Origin: an uncultured Gammaproteobacteria bacterium | GTDB taxonomy: Bacteria; Pseudomonadota; Gammaproteobacteria; Xanthomonadales; SZUA-36 | Reading direction: 5' to 3' | Length of the DNA stretch: 64,000 nucleotides | Assembly: GCA_963749115.1 (NCBI GenBank) | Contig: CAVVLP010000010.1 | Span: forward strand, 254,366 to 318,365 | Shown: positions 19,260-29,538 of the stretch, one piece after another | Layout: each line of letters starts with the position of its first letter | Numbering within the stretch: position 1 is the first letter of the stretch | Position numbers and translations under genes: made by a program | The notes under the pieces: model-generated | Database searches by the model: none | What the model was told of the DNA's origin: nothing | What the model saw: the letters and a program-made list of their open reading frames with translations, nothing else

Positions 19260-21344
19260 CTATCGGTTTCGCTCTATCATAGCGATAAACTCAGGATCAT
19301 CGCGAATGGCATCAAAGGCCGGATCCAGATCGACCGTGTATACCGAGGTGGCACTTGGCGGTTTCAGAACCGGTTCAAGCATATCAATCGCCTCGGGCGC
19401 CATGCCGGCAATCGCATATATCTGTGCATGGGTGAACCTGGTTTCAAACGCTGCAACTTCGTCCGCGGGGACCGATGCTATCGATTTCTGCACCAGGGCC
19501 CTGACCTCGTCCCCATCGGCACCCTGGAGGGCGCGGACCCTTGCCTCGGCAAGATCAACTCGATGGTCCTCACCCAGTTCCGTACGCAAACCTTTTAACC
19601 GAAACAAGGCCGCCCCGGCTGCTTGCCTGGCCTCATCTGCATTACCCATAAAATGCAGGTTCTGCGCTGCCCAGTCCTCCCTGAGAGTGATCAGACCGTA
19701 CTGAATTTCCAGATCATTGGGAAGGTTTCGTGCGGCCGCCAATGCATCCTCAAATCGTCGCGCCAAAATGCTTACCAGCATGTATGTTTCAAAATAATCA
19801 TAGTCATCACCATGCTGTGCGCCGATCGTCAATTTCACGGCAGTATCTGTATCACCCCTTTCCTGCAGCGCAATTCGCGCTTCGGTCGTTTTACCCCAAA
19901 AGCTGTCGGGATCAATCACACGCGCCTGTTTAACCGCACTTTTCGCTTCTTCATAACGGTGCAGGTACATGAGTGTGATTGCATATTCGTGCCAGTTGAA
20001 GTGGACACGCGGGTTCAATTTGAGTGCCTGTTGCATGGATTTCACGGCCTGGTCCCACAGACCTGCCCGGCGTGAAACCCAGCCGCGCCACATATAGGCC
20101 TCATCGTTACCGGGCATCATCTCGATCGCCTTGTCGAGCTTGTATAAAGCACGCTCATAATCCAGCGCACCCCAATACCAGTAAAACCCTTCGGCCATAT
20201 AGAGCTCGGCAAAGTCCGGATCGATAGCGCGGGCTTTTTCAATCGCCTCAAAGGCCAGGTCACGGTCAGCCGGGTTGCCGCCGTAGACCCAATAGTTGGT
20301 CATATGTGCCCGCGCCAGTCCTATCCAGGCGTACTTGAAGTTGGGGTCTAGTGCCAGTGATTCCTTGAACAGGTCAATGGCCGTCCGGTAATCCCCCATG
20401 GTTTCATTCTGGGCAAAGCGTCGGGCCTGCAGGTATAAATCATAGGCTGCAACATTTTCCGTGGGTACATCGGCCACATCGGCCAGTTCGGAGTCTGTAA
20501 GTGTTGCCTTTAATGCGCCCGCAATCGCCTTTGCAATCTCGGACTGGATATCAAACAGGTTGTTGGTGGTCAGCTCCCTATCGTAAATCTCGGCCCACAG
20601 GTGTTCGTCGGTATAAGCGTCGATTAGCTGCACGTTGATACGTACCCGGTCCCCGGCACGTTGCACGGAGCCTTCCATCACGTTGGCAACACTCAGTTCC
20701 TGCGCGATCTGGCGCAGGTTCTTGGTGGTATCGCGATACTCCATGACCGAGGTGCGTGAGATCACGCTGAAGGCATCGATCCTGGACAACTGGGTCAGCA
20801 GGTCATCGTGGATGCCATCGGTGAAGTAGATATCCTCGGCATCGGCACTGCGGTTGGCAAAAGGCAGTACTGCGATGGAGTTTTTATCGATATCCAGAGC
20901 TTCAAGATCGATTACCGGTTCAATAACCTCAACCACCGGTTCCTCGATTAAATCTGATTCCCTGGCCGCTTCCTTTGCCGATTCGACTTCCGCGGTTTTC
21001 TGCTCAAACCGCGACTCCCAGATAAAATAGCCCAGCGACAAACCTAGCGACACGATAATGACATAGTTCAGCTTACGACCGGTTTTGGGTGTAATGGACT
21101 CTGTTCGTGCGACCTCACTTTCAAGCTTGATACCTTCCGGTGTCAACTCAAATGCCCAGGCAATTATCAGCGCCGGTACAAAACCAACGACCAGCATCAA
21201 CAGGATCAGTTTCGGTGCCCAATCTGGCAAGCCCAGTATCTGTGTAAGCACATCGGCGAGTTGTAATAGAACCCAGGTCGATACCGCGTAAGCGATAGCC
21301 ACCTTGAAGACATTTCGACGTTTCAGTTCTTTGAGTAATGACAA
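19260..21344 (-). CDS. membrane-anchored TolB-N-like/TPR repeat protein (intact paralogue)
   Basis: 694 aa. N-terminal LKRRNVFKVAIAYAVSTWVLLQ plus 2 TM, NSIAVLPFANRS...GSVQRAGDRVRINVQLID module, then TPR-like repeats. Confidence 0.75.
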   Translation of the reverse strand: MSLLKELKRRNVFKVAIAYAVSTWVLLQLADVLTQILGLPDWAPKLILLMLVVGFVPALIIAWAFELTPEGIKLESEVARTESITPKTGRKLNYVIIVSLGLSLGYFIWESRFEQKTAEVESAKEAARESDLIEEPVVEVIEPVIDLEALDIDKNSIAVLPFANRSADAEDIYFTDGIHDDLLTQLSRIDAFSVISRTSVMEYRDTTKNLRQIAQELSVANVMEGSVQRAGDRVRINVQLIDAYTDEHLWAEIYDRELTTNNLFDIQSEIAKAIAGALKATLTDSELADVADVPTENVAAYDLYLQARRFAQNETMGDYRTAIDLFKESLALDPNFKYAWIGLARAHMTNYWVYGGNPADRDLAFEAIEKARAIDPDFAELYMAEGFYWYWGALDYERALYKLDKAIEMMPGNDEAYMWRGWVSRRAGLWDQAVKSMQQALKLNPRVHFNWHEYAITLMYLHRYEEAKSAVKQARVIDPDSFWGKTTEARIALQERGDTDTAVKLTIGAQHGDDYDYFETYMLVSILARRFEDALAAARNLPNDLEIQYGLITLREDWAAQNLHFMGNADEARQAAGAALFRLKGLRTELGEDHRVDLAEARVRALQGADGDEVRALVQKSIASVPADEVAAFETRFTHAQIYAIAGMAPEAIDMLEPVLKPPSATSVYTVDLDPAFDAIRDDPEFIAMIERNR

Positions 21345-21467
21345 ATGCTGGTTTCTTTTTTTGTGTAATTCTTATTAAGCATAGTTGCTTCGCCGACAAA
21401 TACCAAAACTTCTTTACCCAACGAGCTTATCAGATAGTACAAAGACCAGCTTATCAAGGCCGTATTT

Positions 21468-22577
21468 TCAGTCGGCGCCCAAACGGGAAACAACCTCATT
21501 TGCGATCGCGAGACAGGCAGTAAGACCCGGACTCTCAATACCAAAGAGCTGTACAAGACCCTTCATACCATGGCTTTCGGGGCCTTCTATTTTGAAATCC
21601 TCTACAGGATCACCAGGACCCGAAATCCTGGGACGGACACCCACATAACCCGGTTGCATACGGTTCATTTCCAGTCCGGGATAGTAATCACGAATACTGC
21701 TTTCAAAATGATGCCTGCGGGATTCTTCCAAGCCAAAGGTGTAATCAAGATGATCGCGCCACTCTACATCCGGCCCGAATTTCAATTGCCCACCCAGGTC
21801 CAGGGTGCCATGCACACCCAGGCTGCCGGCACCTGCGACCGGGTAAATCAAATGCCTGAACGGGGAATTTCCCTGGTAGCTGAAGTAATGGCCCGCCGGA
21901 TAATAACTGACCGGCAGATGATCCATTCCCGAGCTCTTCGCGAGCCCGATGGCGCCGTGACCGGCCGCATTGATCAATATCCGCGATTGCAGTTTCATCG
22001 AAGTCCCGCCGGTCTCGATATCAATATCAAAACCATTGGAAACGGGGTGGAACTCCCGTACTGTACTTCTAAGGGCAAGTGTTCCACCTGCACTCTCAAA
22101 ATCGCCCAGCAAACTCAGCATCAAACCGTGAGAATCCACAATTCCCGTTGAGGGTGACCACAGCGCTGCCACGCCCCGGACATCGGGTTCCAGGTATCTG
22201 AGCCTGTCTTGTGAAATCAACTCGAGGTCATCAACGCCATTGACCCGGCCTTGCGCAAGGTAAGTATCTAGCAAGCCAAGCTGCTCGCTATTCGTTGCAA
22301 CAATCAGTTTGCCGAGCTTTTGAAAATTAACACCACGTTGACGGCAATAGTCATAGAGCAGCGCATTTCCGTTTACGCAGGTTCGCGCCTTGAGGCTGTT
22401 GGTTGGATAATAAATCCCCGCGTGTATAACCTCGGAATTTCTGCTCGAGGTATGCGTGCCAAAGGCGTTCTCCGCTTCAAGGACAACAACCTCGTAGCCT
22501 TCAAGCGCCAATGCCCGTGCGATGGCAAGCCCGATGACACCAGCACCCACCACCACACATTCGACATTGTCGGTCAT
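21468..22577 (-). CDS. FAD-dependent oxidoreductase (L-2-hydroxyglutarate oxidase/dehydrogenase-like)
   Basis: VVVGAGVIGLAIARALA dinucleotide-binding motif; SSRNSEVIHAGIYYP. Confidence 0.75.
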   Translation of the reverse strand: MTDNVECVVVGAGVIGLAIARALALEGYEVVVLEAENAFGTHTSSRNSEVIHAGIYYPTNSLKARTCVNGNALLYDYCRQRGVNFQKLGKLIVATNSEQLGLLDTYLAQGRVNGVDDLELISQDRLRYLEPDVRGVAALWSPSTGIVDSHGLMLSLLGDFESAGGTLALRSTVREFHPVSNGFDIDIETGGTSMKLQSRILINAAGHGAIGLAKSSGMDHLPVSYYPAGHYFSYQGNSPFRHLIYPVAGAGSLGVHGTLDLGGQLKFGPDVEWRDHLDYTFGLEESRRHHFESSIRDYYPGLEMNRMQPGYVGVRPRISGPGDPVEDFKIEGPESHGMKGLVQLFGIESPGLTACLAIANEVVSRLGAD

Positions 22578-22580
22578 GTT

Positions 22581-23974
22581 TTAGTCGCCGGCTAATTTCC
22601 TGAGGATGATGCTCCAGTGATCCAATGCACCGTAGAATGCTTTGACCGGCACCCTTTCGTTGAGGCCGTGGGCATACATCTCATCCGGATTCATAAAAAC
22701 ACCGCTCACTGCCAGGGTTGGAATACCGGCCTTGCGGAAATGCATACCATCGGTACCACCGGATTCCATGTAACCCATCACTTTCAAACCCGGGTAGCGT
22801 GTGTGTACCGCCTTTTTAACCGCATCAACAATATCCGGACGTAACGGGGAGATGGGGCTCTCAGTGGGCTCCTCAAGCGGTCTGAATTCAATCGCGTCAT
22901 TGTCGACGACATGTTTGAGTGCATTTTCAATTGCAGCCGCCGGTACACCCGGGAAGATGCGGCAATTAACCGTGGCTGTGGCGGACTGTGGCAGGGCATT
23001 TTCCGCATGTCCCGCCTGAGCATGGTCACCACGCAGGTTGTACGTGTGGTGCCGACATAGGAGGATTCGATGGCCAGCCGGTCGGAAGCCGCCTCGTCAC
23101 GCGGGTTATTGGCAAACTGGATCATCGCTGCGCCCAATTCACCACCCAGTTGCTCGCCCGTCTCTTCAAAAAAAGCCAGGGTCATCTCGCTCCAGCGCAC
23201 GGGGAACCTGTAGTTCTGTATTTTGGTAATGGCAGCCGCCAGGTCGTAAATCGCGTTATCCGGTCTTGGACGTGAGCTATGACCACCGGGATTGCGTACC
23301 GTCATATCCCAGGTTGCGTAGGTTTTTTCAGCCGCCTGGACCAGGTAAACGACCGGCTCTCCGTCGGCATTGAGATCGCCACCACCGGCATCGGAGTTCA
23401 GGGCGAACTCGGCCTTGGCGAGATCCTCACGCTCATAGGCGAGCTGACGGGTTGTCAACATGCCGCTTTCCTCGTCACCCGAAAAGGCGATGATCAAATC
23501 CCGGTTGGGTACAAAGCCCTCTTTTTTCAAGCGGATAAAAGTGGATGTAAGCTGTGCTACCCCGAATTTGTTGTCGATTGTGCCGCGGCCGTAAAAATAG
23601 ACATCATCAGTGGTCAACTCAAATGGCGGTCGTACCCAGTCTTTGGCGAGGGCCTCAACAACATCCATATGACCCAGCAAAAGAATGGGCGCTTTTCCCG
23701 AAGAGCCATCACCGCGGTATTTTGCAATCAGTGAAGCCGTTTCACCCAGCGGCACGACTTCCACATCTTCCTCGGGAAAACCGGCAGCAACAAGTTCGCT
23801 GGCGAGATATTTGGCTATCTCCGGCACATTACCCAGGTTCTTTGAAGATTCCACGCCGATAATACGGGTGTAAATTTCAAGCGTTTTTTGTGCATGCTCA
23901 GACTGGATCTGTTCGTCTGCTATCGCCCAGGAAGACAAAAAGCCGGTGGCCATAAGTACAACAAATTTTTTCAT
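22581..23974 (-). CDS. secreted M20-family metallopeptidase (one apparent frameshift near 23020)
   Basis: Signal peptide MKKFVVLMATGFLSSWAIA; LLLGHMDVV, GRGTIDNKFG. After TTCVVTML the sense continues in another frame (QAGHAENALPQSATATVNCRIFPG...) and joins ORF 22581-22787. Confidence 0.7.
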
Positions 23975-24154
23975 AATTTTCTCATTTTGAACAATCACCC
24001 CAAGTCTATGGGGAAAGCACCCGTACGTCATGAACTTTTTGAGTTAGCCAGACCCGTGTAACCAAGCCCGCTAGTGCCCCTGCTTTTAGCCAAAGCTTTG
24101 CGCAGGATTGAATTACAGGTATTCTTTGCCGACTTTTAACAACTCAAACTAACT

Positions 24155-24613
24155 TTGCAGAGGATGCGCGTGGATTCAAAAGATATAAACCCGGGTACCA
24201 ACAATGGCTGGATGCTGCTTTTCACAGTCTGGGTCCTGGTAACTGTTGCGACACTTGGCAGTCTATTCTTCAGTGAGGTCATGGGTGTTCCGATATGTAC
24301 CTTGTGCTGGTATCAACGCGTCGCCATGTACCCGCTGGTGCTGATCCTGGGTATTGGCCTGCTTCCGTATGACCCCAAAGTGCTGCGCTATGCTACCGGG
24401 TTTGCAGGCGTGGGATGGCTGATCGCTTTATTCCATGTACTTCTGGTTGCCGGTATCATCCCCAAAAATGTCCAACCCTGTGTGCAGGGTATCCCTTGTA
24501 CGGAAACCCATATTTCCCTGCTCGGTTTTTTGAACATACCAATGCTCTCTCTTCTGACTTTTACAGTGATTGGCGTTTTGCTGTTTTATACACATAGAAT
24601 GGAACCATCATGA
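24155..24613 (+). CDS. disulfide bond formation protein, DsbB/BdbC family
   Basis: Four TM segments, CTLCWYQRVAMYP motif, second Cys pair in VQPCVQGIPC. Confidence 0.75.
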   Translation: MQRMRVDSKDINPGTNNGWMLLFTVWVLVTVATLGSLFFSEVMGVPICTLCWYQRVAMYPLVLILGIGLLPYDPKVLRYATGFAGVGWLIALFHVLLVAGIIPKNVQPCVQGIPCTETHISLLGFLNIPMLSLLTFTVIGVLLFYTHRMEPS

Positions 24614-25257
24614 ACAAAAAATCAATTTTCATCTCGGTCGCAGGTATTCTTCTACTGGCCTTCGCCCTGGCCACGGTCATTTACAAGAATCACCAGTCAG
24701 CGCAAGGTACTTCCGGAGGCCGGAATCAAAGTGTGACCGAACGGCAAGGTGCTCCGGTGAAAGGACCGGCCGACGCCAGGGTCACCATAGTTGAGTTTTT
24801 CGACCCGGCCTGTGGGACCTGTGCTGACTTTTATCCACTGGTGAAGAAGCTGATAGATCAGTACCCGGGAAAAGTGCGTGTCATGATGCGTTACGCACCG
24901 CTTCATACCGGCTCGGATGAAGTGGTAAAAATGCTGGAGGCCGCTCATCTTCAGGGTAAATTTTTCCCGGCACTGGAATTGCTGTTCAACAACCAGCAGC
25001 GCTGGATCGTCAATCATGTGTCTCAACCCATGCGCGCCCGTGGTATTTTGAACGGTATGTCCCTGGATCATGAAAAGCTGGATACGGATATGAATAGCCC
25101 CGGGGTAAGCGAGGCCATTCAGCAGGATGTACAGGATGGCCAGGCACTCAATGTCAGGGCAACACCGGAATTTTTCGTCAATGGCCGGCCGTTGCCCAGT
25201 TTTGGTTACAAACAGTTGAGCCAACTGGTGAAAGAGGCAGTGGACGAAGCTTATTAA
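24610..25257 (+). CDS. DsbA-family thiol:disulfide oxidoreductase (thioredoxin fold)
   Basis: Membrane anchor. Active site FFDPACGTCADF (CxxC). Overlaps the upstream dsbB-like gene by 4 nt. Confidence 0.8.
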   Translation: MNKKSIFISVAGILLLAFALATVIYKNHQSAQGTSGGRNQSVTERQGAPVKGPADARVTIVEFFDPACGTCADFYPLVKKLIDQYPGKVRVMMRYAPLHTGSDEVVKMLEAAHLQGKFFPALELLFNNQQRWIVNHVSQPMRARGILNGMSLDHEKLDTDMNSPGVSEAIQQDVQDGQALNVRATPEFFVNGRPLPSFGYKQLSQLVKEAVDEAY

Positions 25258-25288
25258 GTCAAACCACGCCGATTTGAAACCGTGAATC

Positions 25289-25437
25289 ATGGCAAGTGAT
25301 GTCATGCATGTTGACCATATCAACAGGCATCGAATACAAATTGAGTTATTTACCGGAAATTAATTTGAGCCAGATATTTTTTAAAGATCCGTCCGGTACC
25401 GGTGTAGAAGTCAACTTTATCAACGAATCTGCTTAAG
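25289..25437 (+). pseudogene. remnant of a VOC/glyoxalase-family gene (internally deleted and frameshifted)
   Basis: MASDVMHVDHIN... then in another frame GIEYKLSYLPEINLSQIFFKDPSGTGVEVNFINESA*. Only about 50 codons remain in total. Confidence 0.35.
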
Positions 25438-25459
25438 ACCGGGTGGACATCCGCCTTCT

Positions 25460-25705
25460 TCAGCTTTTCTTGGCGCGGATGTAACTGACCGGTACACCAA
25501 TATCCGTGTTACCGGTACGTACCATCACCAGCCCAGCGGGAAAGTTGTTGCTTTTGGGTTGAACCTCAAAGGCAACACCATCGTATGTAACACCGTTATC
25601 CAATATAACCTGTACCGGGATAGGTTCATCAAATGTACTGGGTGCATCTTCTTCTATCGCGCGGAGCAGTTCTGTTTGAGCCTCATCATAGTCAGTCTTG
25701 GCCAT
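25460..25705 (-). CDS. hypothetical 81-aa protein
   Basis: GAGGA then ATG at 25705 (MAKTDYDEAQTELLRAIEED...). The upstream part of the ORF-track ORF was discarded. Confidence 0.4.
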   Translation of the reverse strand: MAKTDYDEAQTELLRAIEEDAPSTFDEPIPVQVILDNGVTYDGVAFEVQPKSNNFPAGLVMVRTGNTDIGVPVSYIRAKKS

Positions 25706-26006
25706 ATGTTTTTCCTCGAGATTTTTACGGTTCAGACACCATCCTAGCTCATTCAGGCTTAATGTATGTAATAATTCGATTTTTTGTGCGAGCTGTTTAT
25801 TCCACCCAAAAGAAAGGGCCGGCAAGGGGTCAGCCGACCCTTTCATCGAAACTCAACGCAAGGGGAAGCGTTAAGCTTCAATACGAAAATGGCATAAGGG
25901 GGAACACCATTTTCGATTGTGTAGACCCTTTTGGGTCAATTCAGTAATCCTGTAGGGTGTATAAAATATCATCAATTGTCTAAGTTTACTGCAACTTTAG
26001 TCGTTT

Positions 26007-26673
26007 TTATATATGTATGTAGATGGCATTGTCAACTCCGGGTTTTGTCCGGTATGCACTACTCCACGGCAAAATACCCAGTAATGGGCAGGGCATAAGC
26101 GCTTGAAGGGTAGCAAGATTTTCTGATTGCGCAAGCATATCCGGGTCAACATGATTGGCAATCCAGCCTTTTAGCGGCAAACCATCTCTTTCAATCTGTG
26201 CCGCGGTCAACAAGGCGTGATTAATACAACCGAGACGCATTCCTACGACAACTATGACCTCGTCTGCCGTTGCTATTGCCAGTTCGGCGAGCATACTGGT
26301 CTCACCAAGCGGCACGCACCAACCCCCGACACCTTCGATGACCAGGTAGTCCGCTTCAATGCTTTGCGCCAGCTTGCCTGATCCTTTCAATATCAATCAC
26401 TTGCCCGGCTTCCCGCGCCGCTATATGTGGTGCAATCGCGGGTTCAAAGCAAAAGGGATTCACAACCTCGTAAGGCAGTTTCACATTGCTCGCTGCAATC
26501 AGGCGCAAAGCATCATCATTACGCAGACCTGATTCTGTTTTTTCACAACCGGACGCGACCGGCTTCATACCCGCCACGCGATAACCTTCAGCAACCAGGT
26601 GGCTGATCAATGCGCTCGCAACATAGGTCTTTCCGATCTCGGTATCGGTACCGGTAATAAACCAACGCTTCAT
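26007..26673 (-). CDS. bioD: dethiobiotin synthetase (one apparent frameshift near 26370-26396)
   Basis: MKRWFITGTDTEIGKTYVASAL (P-loop) in the frame of ORF 26356-27573. The C-terminal half YLVIEGVGGWCVPL...GWIANHV lies in ORF 26007-26396. Confidence 0.75.
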
Positions 26674-27573
26674 GATGGTTTCTCTTTCTGTTGAGCGTGA
26701 ACGCAACGCGTCAATAGAGAATGTCGCAACATCACCTTCCGCGGTTTTAACCGGTTGACCCTCAGCCGGGGCAAACGCGGTGCCATAGACAATTTCATAG
26801 CTGGCCGGGTAGCGGTTTCCACGACGGAACGGTTCATAGGCCTGCAACATTTTTTTCAGACGATCTTTGCCGGTTAGTCCCTGTGATCTCTGGCTGGCAA
26901 CATTGTGTGCACCCAGACCCTTCAGTTCGCGCATCAACGACATGACATCCGGGTACTCCAGGGTCAGTCGCTCGGTGTCCATTACCGGTTCACGAAAGCC
27001 TGCAGCCAGGAGTTCATCGCCAATATCGTGCATATCCGGGTAGTCGTTCACATGTGGAAGATCGTCCACGGCCCGCCACGCCTGTTTGAGCTCATGCAGC
27101 GTATCCGGTCCAAAACAGGTAAAAACCAGCATGGCGTCCGCTTTCATAATGCGTCGGAACTCACGAAAGACCGCGGGTATGTCGTAGCTCCACTGTAAGG
27201 CCAGGTTGGAAAATATCAGGTCTGCGCTACGTGCCGCCAGGGGTAACGAGTGCATATCAGCACATAAACGTCTTAAACCACCCGGGACCTGTTGGTCTGA
27301 GCCTGAAACGCGCCCTGCGTGCGCCAACATGGCGGGCGCCCAGTCCAGGGCGATGACAGCGGCTTGCGGAAACTGAATGGCCAGTGACCGGCTGGCTGAG
27401 CCGGTACCACAACCAAGGTCCAGGATCATGGCGGGTTCATGACGTTGAAACTCAATTCGTTCGAGCAACCGTGATTCAATCTCCCGCTGTAAAACAGCAT
27501 GCTGATCATAGCTGGATGCTGCACGATCGAAAGACGACCTGATAGCATTTTTATCCAGTGGTGTCAGGCTCAT
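26670..27573 (-). CDS. bioC: malonyl-ACP O-methyltransferase
   Basis: FDRAASSYDQHAVLQREI, SAM motif ILDLGCGTG. As given the frame runs into bioD without a stop. An alternative frame ends ...KEKPS* with TGA overlapping the bioD ATG. Confidence 0.8.
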
Positions 27574-27575
27574 AA

Positions 27576-28349
27576 CTATTGATCTCCCCTGAGATACCCG
27601 TGGATGATATCCAAAAACTGGTCCTGGTGACTGATGAATGGCGCATGGCCTGCTGCGCGGATCAAACAGGAGCTGGCTGCCGGCAGCATCGCTGCGGCCT
27701 GTTCAAAGGATTCCGCCCTGATGGTGCGGTCACGTGTGCCGCCTAAAAACAGCATCGGCACGTTACAGGTGCTCAAGTCGGCCAAAAGATTATTGCTGTA
27801 TAGCAGGTGCAGGCCTGTGTGCATAACATGCTTGGCCGGTACATTGTCCCGCGCCGTTGCTCTGCCCAAACGACGCAGCGACTCAGCTACCCAGGCTGCG
27901 CCAAAGCACTGAAGACAGAATTGATTGAGCGTCTCTTCGAAATCATTCTCAAGCCCATCGACAAATGCCTGCTGTGCCGCAACACTTACACCAAGGTCCC
28001 AATCTGCCTGTTTTGAAAAACAAGGCGTTGCCGCTACCAGTATGGCTTTGTGTACTTTGTGCGGTTGCCTCAGCGCAGCTGCCAGCGTTACCAGGCCACC
28101 CAGCGACCAGCCGATCCATACGGCAGGCGGCAATTCGGACAGGATCAGCTCAGCAACTTCATCCAGGTCCCGGGACAGTGGCACATTGCGATTGACACCA
28201 TGACCGGGCAAGTCCACAAGGTTGACACGGAATTCAGAAGCCAGCACGTCAACCACCCCGCCCCAGATTCCACTGTGCATGGCCCAACCGTGCAACAACA
28301 CCAACTCGGGACCCTGCCCTCGTGTGCTGATTTTCAGGCTTTCAGACAT
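27576..28349 (-). CDS. bioH: pimeloyl-ACP methyl ester carboxylesterase
   Basis: LVLLHGWAMHSGIW, nucleophile elbow GWSLGG, located between bioF and bioC. Confidence 0.8.
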   Translation of the reverse strand: MSESLKISTRGQGPELVLLHGWAMHSGIWGGVVDVLASEFRVNLVDLPGHGVNRNVPLSRDLDEVAELILSELPPAVWIGWSLGGLVTLAAALRQPHKVHKAILVAATPCFSKQADWDLGVSVAAQQAFVDGLENDFEETLNQFCLQCFGAAWVAESLRRLGRATARDNVPAKHVMHTGLHLLYSNNLLADLSTCNVPMLFLGGTRDRTIRAESFEQAAAMLPAASSCLIRAAGHAPFISHQDQFLDIIHGYLRGDQ

Positions 28350-29535
28350 GAGTCGTGGCGGCCACTATTGCATCGAGCAGTGCATCAAGCTGAACAAACT
28401 GGTGCGCCGCAGTCAGCGTAATTCTTAATCGGGAGGTGCCCTTGCGTACGGTAGGCGGACGCATGGCAACAACCAGGAAACCCTTTTGTTGTAAACGTGC
28501 AGCCAGCTCCAGTGTCGCCTGGCTATCGCCGATTATCATCGGCTGAATGGGTGAATCTGAAGCCATCAAAGCCAGTCCACGACTCGCTGCGCCTTGTCTG
28601 AAGTGCCTGATCAGTAACTGCAAATGTTCACGCCGCCAGTCATCTTCAATAACACGGCGCAGAGCGGCGCGTGCCGAGGCCGCCAGTGCCGGTGGCATGG
28701 CCGTCGTATAAATGTAACTACGGGCCTCGTTGACCAGGTGATTGACAAGGCTTTCAGAACCGGCGATGAACGCTCCAAAACAACCAAAAGCCTTACCCAG
28801 CGTACCGGTCAGGATGGGTACCTCTAGCTGGTCAAGCCCGGCCGTAGCGACGCTGCCTCGCCCCCCGGGCCCACAAACACCTATCCCGTGTGCATCATCC
28901 ACCGCCAGCCACGCTCGATGCTGCAGGCACAGGGACGACATCGCCTTTAAAGGCGCAGTGTCACCATCCATTGAAAAAATACCGTCGCTGACCACCAGCG
29001 TATTGCCTTCACCGGCATCGCTTAATCGCTTTTGCAGGGCGGCCATATCGACATGTGGATAACGTGATAAACGTGCTTCGCTCAGCCTGGCGGCGTCGAT
29101 CAATGAGGCATGGCAAAGCTTGTCCTGGATGATGGTATCACCCTTACCCGTCAGGCTTGTGGCGACCGCCAGGTTGGCAAGGTAGCCCGATGAACACAGC
29201 AGGACTTTTTCACGCTGGAGAAACTCTGCAAGCTCCTGTTCCAGCAACTTGTGTTCTGTACGAAAACCGGTAACCAATGCGGATGCCCCGCTGCCCACAC
29301 CATGGCCGTCAGCCGCATTTTTGAGTGCCGCGACCAGATCAGGATGGGACGCCAGGCCCAGGTAGTCATTACTGCTGAAATTCAGCAACGGTGTACCATC
29401 CGCTTGAACCTCGACCGGATGATTACCGCTCAACACCCGTCTGTGACGCTCGAGGTATTGTGCCTGCCTGCGATCCGCACGGGTATCCAGCCAGTGGTCC
29501 AGGGAACCTGCTTTGCAATCAGACGAATCAACCAT
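28342..29535 (-). CDS. bioF: 8-amino-7-oxononanoate synthase
   Basis: 397 aa. FSSNDYLGLA, PLP lysine context GTLGKAFG. Confidence 0.9.
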   Translation of the reverse strand: MVDSSDCKAGSLDHWLDTRADRRQAQYLERHRRVLSGNHPVEVQADGTPLLNFSSNDYLGLASHPDLVAALKNAADGHGVGSGASALVTGFRTEHKLLEQELAEFLQREKVLLCSSGYLANLAVATSLTGKGDTIIQDKLCHASLIDAARLSEARLSRYPHVDMAALQKRLSDAGEGNTLVVSDGIFSMDGDTAPLKAMSSLCLQHRAWLAVDDAHGIGVCGPGGRGSVATAGLDQLEVPILTGTLGKAFGCFGAFIAGSESLVNHLVNEARSYIYTTAMPPALAASARAALRRVIEDDWRREHLQLLIRHFRQGAASRGLALMASDSPIQPMIIGDSQATLELAARLQQKGFLVVAMRPPTVRKGTSRLRITLTAAHQFVQLDALLDAIVAATTHV

Positions 29536-29538
29536 TCT

